A DNA stretch of 64,000 nt, taken from the IMG/VR virus record IMGVR_UViG_3300042868_007692, positions 9,165-73,164 of that record. One strand, given 5' to 3'. The notes under the pieces were generated by a model. That model saw nothing but the letters and a program-made list of their open reading frames with translations. It was not told where the DNA came from and ran no database searches. Source of the stretch: a virus. This document shows positions 34,066 through 46,000 of the stretch, in pieces. The first letter of the stretch is position 1. Every line of letters starts with the position of its first letter. A program made the position numbers and the translations under genes.

Positions 34066-37000
34066 CTAATTACATTCTTTAATTTTTTGTTTTTCTTCAG
34101 ATGTCAAACTATTCCACTCTTCTTCTGAAATATTTAAACTAGCTATTTTAGCAGAATAAGGTAAAAGATTTACTTCAGGAGTTAACTCAGAATCTGTACT
34201 ATAATCCTGACTAGGAGCATTTTCAGTATCTTCTTGTTCTATTAAAGCTCTATCTGCTATCTCTTGCTCTAATGCAGATACATCTACATCTGTTGTAGCA
34301 AAGATATCATTTTGTTTTTTAATTTCAGTTTCACTTTCAATAAAATTCAGAACATTGTTTAAAGAAGTTTCAGCTAAAGTGCCAGCTTTAATCTCAATAC
34401 CTAATTGAGCTAAAGTATTCTTAATAGCTTCTACAAACTTATCTAATAAATTAACTCCAGAGTCTGTTTTAAGAGTACTCAAATATTTTTGAAAACTCTC
34501 TGATTCAAAAGCTACAGCTACAAACTCAAGAATATCTACAGCAGGGTATCCAATCTCTAATTCTTCTGAAGTCATTAAAGTAGGTATCTTAGCTCTTAAA
34601 TCTAAAGTTTTTTGTTTAGCTTTTTCTATTAAACTAGCATCTGTTTTTGAAATAAAATCTTGCCAAACTTCATGTAAAGCAACAACATGTCCAGGAGCTG
34701 AAGGAGAAAGAACAGAGTAAAATCCATCTTTATCTTTACTGTAGTACTTTAATAAATCTCTATGTGTTAAAGCATGCATTACTTCATGCATAAACACTCT
34801 TTCTCTTTTATCTAAAGGTGTGTTTTGATCAATATAAATAACTCCTTCCAGGTAAGCTCCAGAAGTAGTTACTCCAAAGATAGATTTAGTATCTACTATT
34901 TTTACTTGAGTATTACTGGCAAAAGGAATTAGAACTTCAGCTAAAACTTTATGTCTTTTAGAGCTTTCTTTTCCTGAGTTAGCTATCCTTTTCAAAGTAT
35001 CTGAAACACTAGAATCATTTTGGACTGTCCCTAATTTTGGATCAAAAACAGTATCAAACTCTGTTTTAACTCCTGTAACTGCAGGTTGATTTTCCACAGT
35101 TTTAGAAGGAGCATTTTCAATAATAGATTTTGCACTTTTGACTAGTGCTTGATATTCATTCATACCATGAACTCCTAAGACATTAATTCTTTGATAAGTA
35201 TTATTTCCTATATGTTCATAAAGTTGATATTTGTTTTGTTTTAATTTGCCTTGTTTACCTTTACTGGATTTTCTAATAGTAATAAATTTAGGAGATTCTG
35301 GCTCATTTAAAATGAAAGTATCTGCATTATTTTTATTTACATCATCAGGAAAAACTTTAGCTTCTTGAGGATTGTGTTGGAAATATTGTTTTATAAAAAT
35401 ACTTTTCTCAACACTGTTTTCTCCAGGAGCCCCTAGTAATTGTGTAAAAATAGCAGGATTTCTCTTTACATTTATTCTTTGCATAATAGTAGCTGCAGAT
35501 ACAAAACCATCTTTAGTTTTAACTCCTACTTGTGAAAGATATTCTACAGGAATGTATTTAATAAACTGAATAGCTTCTTGAACTCCTCCCTCTAAATAAG
35601 CATAAGTAATTAACTCTTGAGCCAATTGTTTTGTAGAAAAAGGTTGCCCATTCCAATTTGGAAGAGGTTTATCCTGAATAATCAATTCTGCTAAAGAATT
35701 GTAGAGATATTTTTCTTCTAAGTTATCACTAATAGTGTTATTGTATTTTACAAAAGAAGGACTTACTCCATCTACTTCTACTTCATAAGTAAACCTGTTT
35801 AAAAGTTTGTTGTTTACAATAGCTTCTTCATTAGTGTTTTTACTTAAATACTCTGCTAAAGAAGTATTAGATGCACTACTAATGAATAATCTCTTTCTTT
35901 CTACTGCAGTATCTTCTGTATATAGACCCAACCCTTTCCAAGAATAGATATACTTTTTAACTTCTTTAATAATACTTAAAGTTTTTTCTATGTTTTTAAA
36001 TTTGTTGGTAGCATCTACTTCAGAGATATTTAAAATTTCACTAATTACAGCTTGTAATCCTGGATCATTATAAGGAAAAAAGTCTGACCATAATGTTTGA
36101 GAAGTGTATACACCTTGCACTACAATTTGTCCTTGAGGTGTCTGAGGCTTTACATAATAGTCTCCTATTCTAACATAACCTGTTACATCTGATAAGGTAT
36201 TTATAGGTAAAAAATCTCCTATAAGACTAGACACATTAGCTACTTTACTATTTTCAGAAAATTGAGACAAAGAAGTGTGAACAATATTAGACTCTACTAT
36301 AGACTTTCCTAAATTACCTGTAAACAATACAGATTGTACTTTTGCTAAGTTTTTAGAGTAGTCATTTAATTCTAAGAATAATTTTAAAGAAGCTAACTGC
36401 ACAGCAGGAGAAGAACCATTAGTTGTTAAGCCTTCCATTAAAGCATCTCCTGTTAATATAGAGCTGTCTATTTTTAAATCTTCTTGAGTTGAGTCTGTCT
36501 TATATTTGTTTTCTAAAGCTTCAATTACTTCTTGTTCTAAGTTAGGGTTATATTTAGCAGTTAAACCTTTCCCTTTTTGCATCATTTCTACATAATCTTT
36601 AAGGATAGGTTGAGACAATAAAGCATAGGCTACAGATAAATTTTTAGTAGTTCCATTTTCTGTATAGGTAGTTTTATCAAAACCTAACAAAGTAAGTAAA
36701 GAATCTACTCCAATAGTTAATCCATTCACATTTACTCTACCTAAGATTTGTTCTTTTTCATTATCAGTAGCTGTATTTTGTCTTTCAGCAAAAACTTCAG
36801 CAATACTCCTAAAACCATCAAGAGTTCTTTCTTTTCCTAAAACTCCCTCAGAAGATAACTTTCCTATTGTTATAGAATAATTTTCTGGCCCTTCTTCAGT
36901 GCTTTTTAGTAGCCTTAAAGGAGCTGAAGTTTGTTGAGTTAAAGCATGAAATGTTACATAGTTAGAATAGATTCCAATAGCCATTTTACCTACAGAACCT

Positions 37001-40000
37001 AATCCCATTTTCTTTTTTTGATATTCATCAGATAAAATAGTGAAAGTAGGAACTATAGATTTTAAAGCTTTCTCAGTTTCTTTAATGCTTTCTCCTTCTT
37101 GAGCTAACATTTGAGTTTCTTTAAAAGTTTTACCTGTGCCTATAGATTCTTGAATTAAGTCAGCTTGTTGTCTAGCAAAATCCATAGAAAGAACTTTGTT
37201 AATTTTACCTTGAACTTTTTTAGAAGGGTTATTAAATACAGCAGTATGAATTTTTATAAACTCATTCTCTAAAAGTTTTTGATCTAATTTACTTGTTACA
37301 ATTTCTATTTGTTTTTCAATGTTACTTCCTTGGTCTTGTAACTCTTTAATTGTGTCTTCATCTAATTGAGAGCCTAATAAAGTAAAAAAGTCTTCCATAG
37401 AAGCTAAACCAAATTCAGACTTAAAAATATTATTCTCTTCTTCTAAGAGTTTTTTTAATCTAGCTAAAGCTTTTTGTTTATGTTTTTCATTCAATACCTC
37501 TATTTTACCAGTTTTGAAATCTACAATGTGATTTAATTGATAGACATTTTCTTTATCCACATCAAAGTCAAGACCTTTTTGTTTAGTAAAGTTTTTAGGC
37601 ACTATCATTAAATCTCCAACTTCAGGAGGTAAAATTCCAACTATCTCAATGCTAGAAGCAGATACATGAGAAGATGTAGGAGTTCTAAAACTAAATTGGT
37701 TTAACAACTCTGGAGAAATCATACCTTCTTTTAATTTCCAAGTTCCATTCTCTCTTTTTTCAATGTAAATAAAATCTCCTTCAGATTTAGCAAATAAATC
37801 TACTAATTTACCTTCTTTATTTTTAAATTTAGAAGGGGCTAAAACTTGAGCTTTTCTAAAACTTCCATCAGTATTTACTCCTGCTCCTTGAAGTTCTACT
37901 CCATTATAATTATCTAGATAAATAACTCTAGATTCTTGTACTCCAGATAAATTTTCTTGAAAACCAAAACCATTTTCAGAACCGGCTACAAAAGAGTTTC
38001 CAGGAATCTTATGATTCATTAATCTATTAGTTACAATAGCATTTAACAAAGACTCAAATCTATCACTGTTTGTAGTTAACCATAAAGGAATTTTAAAATC
38101 AAAATACTCATTTCCTTCTTTATCTACTTGAGTTTCTAGACCTAAGCTTTTAATGTCTTGGATTGGATAATTTCTATTTATAGCTTCTTTTTGTAAAAGA
38201 TTTTGTAACTTCTGCATAGTGACTTTTTCACTCACAGGAACTCCATTAGAGTTCAATCCTAGTTCTTTAAAAAGACTTTGTTTTTTATTTTCAACTAAGT
38301 TTGTAAAGACTTCATTGTATTTTTCATACAACTCTTTACCTGTCATAGATTTATCCTCATAATTAAATCCAGATAAATTTAACATACCGTCTCCAAATAA
38401 CAGTTTAAAAATTTGAGTTCCCATTGCAACTTTATCTTCTTTTTTTAAGTCAGATTTAAAAGGTACATCTTGTTGAATTCTAAAGTCTTTTCTATTAAGA
38501 GTTAACATAGCAGTCTCTATACCTTTTAGACTTTCTACATCTAAAGGATCTATTGTTTGACTGTCTATTTTAGCTCCCACTTTATTTGCAGTTTGATAAG
38601 AAGCTCTTACAGTTGTATCATATTTAGCCTCTAAAGCTTCTAAAGAAACTCTTAAGTTTTCTAATTTAGTTCCTGCAGTAAGTTCAGGAATTAAAGGAAA
38701 AGAAGAAGATTTAATATAAACTGTTCTAGCTACATCATTTTTAATATTTCCTTGCTCATCTTTATCAAATAATTGACCTGTGTATACAGGTTTAATAGGT
38801 TGTAAAACAATGCCTAACTCTTCTTTAGTTAAGGTAATACCTTTAATGGCTTTTTCTGTTAAGTCTTTATATTTACTTTCAGAAAGTTTACCATCATGAA
38901 ATAAAATATATAAATGCTCTTTTAAAGTAGTGTACTCTTGAGCATCAGTAGATTCAATATCAAAGTAATCACCTAACTTTTCAATGTCTTTAAATTTATC
39001 TTTTAAAGCTTTTCTAATAACAGTCTGTCTTGTTTTGTTAGCTGTTTTATACTCTGTCAAAGCTTCTTTTATTGTTTGAGAAGCATTTTCAAATAAAGTT
39101 CCATTTAAAGCTTCTTCTCCTTCAAATAAAGAAATAAGGTATTCTGCATTTTCTGTAATATCTACAGAATCTTTTAAAAAGATTTGTTTATAAGTTTTAT
39201 TTGCAGATTCAGCTAAAGTTCTACCTGGAGCAATTAATAAAGCTAATCTTTTTCCTATGTTAATACCTTGTTTTTCAGATAAGGTAGTATAGAAAGTATC
39301 ATTAGTAGCAAAATAAGGTTTGTCTACTTCTTTAAATAATTTATCTTGAGAGTATAAAGCTGGGTCCCCTGCAATTACAGTAAACATATCTGCATTGTTA
39401 AGAACAGAATTTAATACATAATCATAAACAGCTATCTCAAATTTTTCATCAAGATTACCTTTACCAGAGTTTAAATATTTACTATCAAAAACATTAATTT
39501 TTATAGTCTGTCCTGATTTATCTTTTTGTTTAAATTCTTCCCAAACTTCAGATTTTTCTGTTACTAAATTGTGCATAGTAGTTTCTACAGCATCTATTAA
39601 AGCCTCTTTAAAAAGAATTTCTGTAGCTTTAATATCTCCAGTAACTAAATGCTGTACAACTCTGTCTCCATTCTCATCTACTAAAGTATTTAAGACAGGA
39701 AAGAAATTAAATAGTTGAGCCGCATTATCATAGTCTTTAATATCAGTAGCTTTTACATTTTTATGAAAATTAGCTATTCTTTTCATTTCAGGAAGGATTA
39801 ACTTTTGATATAAAAGCTCTCTTAAATCTTCAGTAAAAGTTACTCCATCTTCTTGTCTGTTAAAAGCTATAGCACTTTCTGCCATAAAATTAAAAGCTCC
39901 TGTTGCTACAGTAAGCATTTGAGATTTATCTGACATAGTAGGTAAAAACATTCTTGCTACTCTCATAGTAAAATCTCCTACTTTATGAGCAATTGTACCT

Positions 40001-43000
40001 TGTTGGGTATCTTGAAACATACCTAATTTAGTGATATCATGATCTAAATTATTCAAGTCTGTGATACCAGCAAAGTTACTTGAAGCTTTTCCAAATTCTT
40101 TTAAAGCCTCTAAGCTTAAATAATTAGCCTCTAATTTTTTATAAAAGTTAGGGTCATTTTCTAGTAATTCTAGCAAAGTAGAATTAGAACTTATAGAAAT
40201 AGACTTTAAGTTTTTTATAAGTTCTCTATCTCCTGAAGAAATACTTTTAATTAAGTCATCAACTCTATCTGTAACAAAAGTAGGATTAGTGATACCTGAA
40301 ATATTTTTTCCAGCTACTCTAAAATTTTTAGATAGGATTTTACCTGAATATTTACTATCAGCTTTAGCTAAAGTTTTTATAACAGTCTGCATATCATTAA
40401 AAGGATGGGCTTTACTGTTCTCTTCAAAATTTAAGTTTTTTTGATTTTGAACTTTTCTTAAGTACTCTGCAAGTAATCCTATAGGAGTATTATTACCTTC
40501 AAAGCTTAATGCATAAGGTATAAATGTATTTTGATAACTAAATCCTATAGATTTTAATTCATTCCAATATCCTTTAGATAAGGTAATCCCAAAATTTTCT
40601 AACCAAGCCTGAACAGCTTCATCTGTTACATCAAAGTTTTTATCTTTCCAAGAAGAATATTCTCTAAGTAATTCCTCTGCTTTTTCTTTATTAATTAAGT
40701 ATTCTCCAGCTTCTACATTTACTAAAGGAGATGCTTTAAAATTATTTTTCCAAGAGTTCATAATTACTCTAGAAACTTCATTAGCATTAGTATCATAAAC
40801 TTGAAGTTTACTACCTTCAGGAGTAGAAATATACATTGTAAACTTCATATTCACAGCATGTTTTCTGTAGTTTACAACTAACTCATTTCTTAATTGAGCA
40901 TCAGCTTTATCAAATCTTTCCATTAACTCTACAACCCAAGGTTGAGCTTGTTTCATTTCAAGAATTTTAGCTTTCATCATTTCATAGTTAGAGTCTATAT
41001 AAACTCCAGAACCTAATAATTGATATAAAGTATCATAAACTTCATTGTAGTTAACATAAGTAGGAAGACCTAAGAATCCTTTAATTACATTTCCTTCTAA
41101 GTCTAATTTTTTAACACCTGACATAAATCTTCTTAATCTATAAGAAGTTTTATTTTTTCCACTTTCAGTTAAAGAAGCATTATCTTCAAAAGATTTGACT
41201 TTCATAGTCACATCTTCCTCTTCCTCTTCTTCTTCAAGATTATCTTTCTTTTCTTTGATATCTGAAGTTTGAGTAACTTCTTGCATAGCTTTTTCAATAA
41301 TCCCTGCTTGACCAGTATAAGCTTCTCCAGAAGCTTCTAGTACAGTTTTTATACTATCTGCATTCCAATGATTTTCAATATTAGTTAATACTCTTAGAAT
41401 ATTAATAAGATTCTCTTTTTGTGCAGTCACCTCTTCTGAGGCTTCTTGTATTTCAGCAAACTTTTCTAAAATAGCCTGTACTTTTTGTTTTGAAGGCTCT
41501 ACAATATCTTTATAAGAGTTGCTAATACTAGTTAAAAGCTGCTCTTTATTAATTTTAGTTTCTGGATTTAGATCAATAGCTGTATTGATGTAATTATAAA
41601 TGAAATCAATTAAATGAGCTTCTTGAGAAATGTCTAATCCTGGTACTAAGTTAAACAAATCTTTTAGAGCTTCAACATCTTCTAAAGTAGCAGGTAAAGC
41701 AGAAAAAGATACTCCAGGTTTAAAGCCTAACTCTTGTTGAATTTTTAAAGCTTCTTGTAAAAGTTGTTCTACATTAAAATTCTTATTTTTAATTTCTTCT
41801 GTTTCTGCTTTAACTACATCATTAATTTCAGCTATGGCAGTAATAGGAGTAACAACTTCTACTTCAGAAGTGTACTCAAAAACAATAGTAGGCTGTATAG
41901 AAGTTACAAATTTTGGATTATTTTCTGTTCCAATATTAAAAGACCTCACACCTGTAGTAAGCTTTTCTTTTAAAAAGTCTTGATAAGTTTTATTTGTATT
42001 TACTACTGTACCATTCTCAATAAGAGGTACTTGCATATTCTTATCTAAACCATCTCTTGAAACATTTAGATAAAAATCTTTTTCAGAAGCAATATACAAT
42101 TGTCTACCAAACTCAGCTCTAGAGTTTCCTGTTTTAGGATGAAAGAAAAGACTAAAGAAAGCATCTGCATCTTGATATCTCATAAGGTTATACCCTGTAA
42201 TATCTTTAATGTCTTTAATAATTTTTTTAGCTTGAGCTTCTGTCACATCATAATCTCCTCCTACTACAAACTTATTTCTAATTTCTTGGATAACCTGTTT
42301 ATTTTCTTTATCAACTTGAGTATCAAACATAGAATAAGCTGCCCAGGCCCACTTAACTGTTTCCAATTCTTGAGCTGGAGTTTTACCTATTTCTTTTATG
42401 TTTTTATAATTTGAAGTAAGAAAAGCTTGCCAAGTTTGTCTACCTTCAGAGTCAGTACCTATTCTTCTTAAATGCCATACTTTTCCTCTAGCTCCTTTTG
42501 CATTAATCATTTCTTTATTAATGACAACTCTTGTACTATCTTCAAAGTACTTATTCATACCTACTTCTAACATATTCTGGTTACCTTGAACCACTATGAC
42601 AGATTGAGGATTTGCTTCTTTAATAGATAACAATTCTATAAAATTACCCTCTGCATCTTTTATTTTTTCAATTGTATAAAAAGCACCATTATTTTTTTCT
42701 TTAATAGTAACCTTATTTACTCCTTGATTAATAACAGCTTTTCTAAAACTAGAAATAGTATTTTGAGATTCCTCAATAGCTTGTCTGTGACTAGAACTAA
42801 TACTACTAGGGTTCACACTATTATCTTTTCTATTAGGGTCAGCTACATTCCAAGGATTGTACCAAGAAGTTTCATGAATATAAGCTACAGGTTGCCCCTC
42901 ATTATTATAAGCAACTACAGGCACTGAATTAATAAAATCTTCTGAGTTTCTGTAATCAGGATTTGCATTTAACTTCTCTTGAAAAATTTCAGAATAGGGT

Positions 43001-46000
43001 TTAGTAATAGGTTTATTTTCAGAATCTCTTCCTACATAAACTCTAATATTACTCCACTCAGCTTCTGGAACCATACCTACATTAACTTTAGAGCCAGGTA
43101 AATACTTGTCCCAATCTAATAATTCTCTATAATCTATAGCCCCTTCTTCATAATTTAAGGTGTCTGTTAAAACAGGTTGTCTAACAAAAGTACCTGTCTT
43201 TTTACCTTGAGCATCTAATATTTCTATTTCTTCATATTTAATTGCATTAAAGCCAAACCTTAAAGCTAGACTAGTAATTCTTCTATCATTTAAAGATTTA
43301 ACAGGAACATTTTCATCATTAAAAGTCACAGTTTTAACTTGAGCTTTTTCAGTAATTTTTAATTGTTCATTACCATCTGCAACAACTTCTTCTGCAGTAC
43401 TTACTTTAGTAGCTACATTTTTAAAAATGGCATCAATATGAGCTTGAGCTTCTTGAACTGTATTTTTTAAAGGTTCAAAAACCTCATCATAAATCTCTTC
43501 AAAATTAGTTTCTGCTAATCCAGCTACTTTCCAGCCTAATACATAAGCATCAAAAGACTCTTCTGCTTTTTCTTTAGTAGTAAACCTAATAAAATAATTA
43601 AGAAGATCTTTAAAAGTAGGTTCTTGCCCTGAAACTTTTTTCATATCTCCATAAACTTTTTTAACTACTGCTCCTACAATTTTAACTTGCTCTTCATTAA
43701 AAGCTCCAGTATCTGCAGGCATTAAAGATAGTGGATCTAAAAAATCATCTTGAGAAACTACAACAGCTTCTGCACTAATTTTAGTTACTTCAGGGGTTCC
43801 TTCTTTTTTAACTTCATTAGGTTTAGTAACAGCTTCAATTTGTTGTTGAGCTTCATTGATAGATTGAGAAATAGCTCCCATAGTCACTGGCAACTCTTCT
43901 TCAACAGCATCTTCTCTTAAAGAATTTTCTATAAACTTGCTTAGAGTTTCTGCAGTAATATCTGACTCAATATTAAATAATTCTTTAATAGTCTCAGGAT
44001 TAACTTTTTGATTAGCATTAAACTCTTCTAATAAAACAGGAGCTGCAATTTCTAAGGTATCAAAATACTCATCCTGAATCTCTTCATTATCCAAAATAAT
44101 AGGATGTAATAAGCTTTGTTTAACAGTCTCTAATTGAGTTTGATGTTTTGTAATATCTTCTGCTGTAGCTTCTTGTACATTTTCATTTTCTATTGCATTT
44201 TCAGTGGCATTAATAAGTTTTACTTTTTCTTCTGACACTTTTTTAGCAGTCTCTTGAAGCAAAGCAATTCTATCAAAAGAACCAGTTTGTTTTTGTTTAG
44301 CTTGTAGTTTTGCTATTTTTTTATACTTCTGTTTGATTTCTTCAACTTTTTGAGCTGATAAACCTAGAGTATCTAATCTTACAAAAGCTTGGTCTATAAA
44401 TTTATCATTTAAAATAACTTCCCCTGTAGAATCAAATTCTAATCCGGCATCTGTTAAATTATTTTCTTGAATGTATCTGACAGAGTCAGAAAATTGAATC
44501 TGAACATTTTTAATTTTTTGTAAGGTTTCCTCATACTTAGGACTGACTTGCTCATTAAAAGCTTTAACAGTCATTTTTCTAGCTGAGTCTATATTATTTC
44601 TTGCAGCTTTTAAGCTTACATAAGTCTGTACAGCAGGTAATTCAGCTTTATCTAAAGCTTGTTTAAACTTTTCTAACTTTTCTGCTTCTTCTGCATCTAC
44701 AGGTTCTATTTCTAATAAAGTATCTGGGTTACTTACTACAGGCATTAAAGAGGCCTCTACATTAATTGTAGATAAGTAATCTTGGTATTCTTGATTTGCA
44801 AGTTCTCTTTGAGTCAAAATCTCTTTATCTAATTGCTCTAAAGATTGTCCAAGGTTAAGTTTAGAAGCTGCTAAATCTACAATTTTATCTATGTTACTTC
44901 TAGTCCCATATTTTTTATAAGTTTTATTTAAATCTGAAATCTTACCTTTAGCTAAAAGAATATTCAATGCAGTTTCTTCACTAAACTTAGTGTTTTTATT
45001 TTCAATAACTTTATCTAAAGTTTTTTCAAATTCATCTAAAGTATTAGTTTTAATTGCTTTTATGGCTAAATTAAAAAACTTCTTTTGTTCAATAGTATCT
45101 GCAGCCTCAAGAGATTCTGGAGTACCCTCTTCTCTTAAAGCTTGAATTTTATGATCATAGTCTACTTGACTAAAAATAGTTCCTCCTGAAGCCATTAAAA
45201 CAGTTTCAGCTAAGTCTTCATCAGTCATAGAATTATCAATAGCTTTATACATATCTCTAATAGCAGCTCTCTCTTCATAAAACTCTTGTCTTTTTTTATA
45301 ATTAGCTACATTTCCAACAGCCCCTAAAGCTGTAGTGTGACCACTCATTAATAAAGTTTGTCCAGCTACATCTGCATAAAAATCAGGATTAGCTAATTCT
45401 TCAAGTTGAGTTAAGTACTGAGAAGTAAAGTTTTCAAATCTAAGAGTTGGAGTAGCTTGTACTACAAGCTCTTCAATAAATTCTCCAGGTAAACCATCAT
45501 AAATTTTATTAGCTCCTGTGTGGTATAAAGCTTTACTACTAAGTTTACCTATTCCTAAGTTGTTTACATAGTTCTGGCCTTGTTTAGGTATCTCAGAAAG
45601 AAATTTTCTAGTCTTTTGAAAAGGTAATTTAGATATCCAACCTTTTGTAGTTTTATTATTTAATAATCTATTACCTAATTTTCCTACATACATTTCAGAA
45701 CCAAACTCTTTTACAGTCTCTGTATAACCATACAAATAAGATTCTTCCCAAGACTTAGGTCTTAACATTTCTTTTTCTCCTTCTAAAGAAGATAGGTAAT
45801 TGTTTAATTCTTCTAATTGAGTCTTATCTTGATTTGATAAGTTAGTCTTATTTTCTAGTTTAGAAATTGCATATTCTAGATTACTTTTTTTAAGGTCATA
45901 CTCTTTCATAAATTGAGTATAAGCTGCATCATTAGTTACAACTTTTTTAGACCCATCTTTATCTACAACTAATCTCACATCTCCTACTTGCTGTCTTAAC

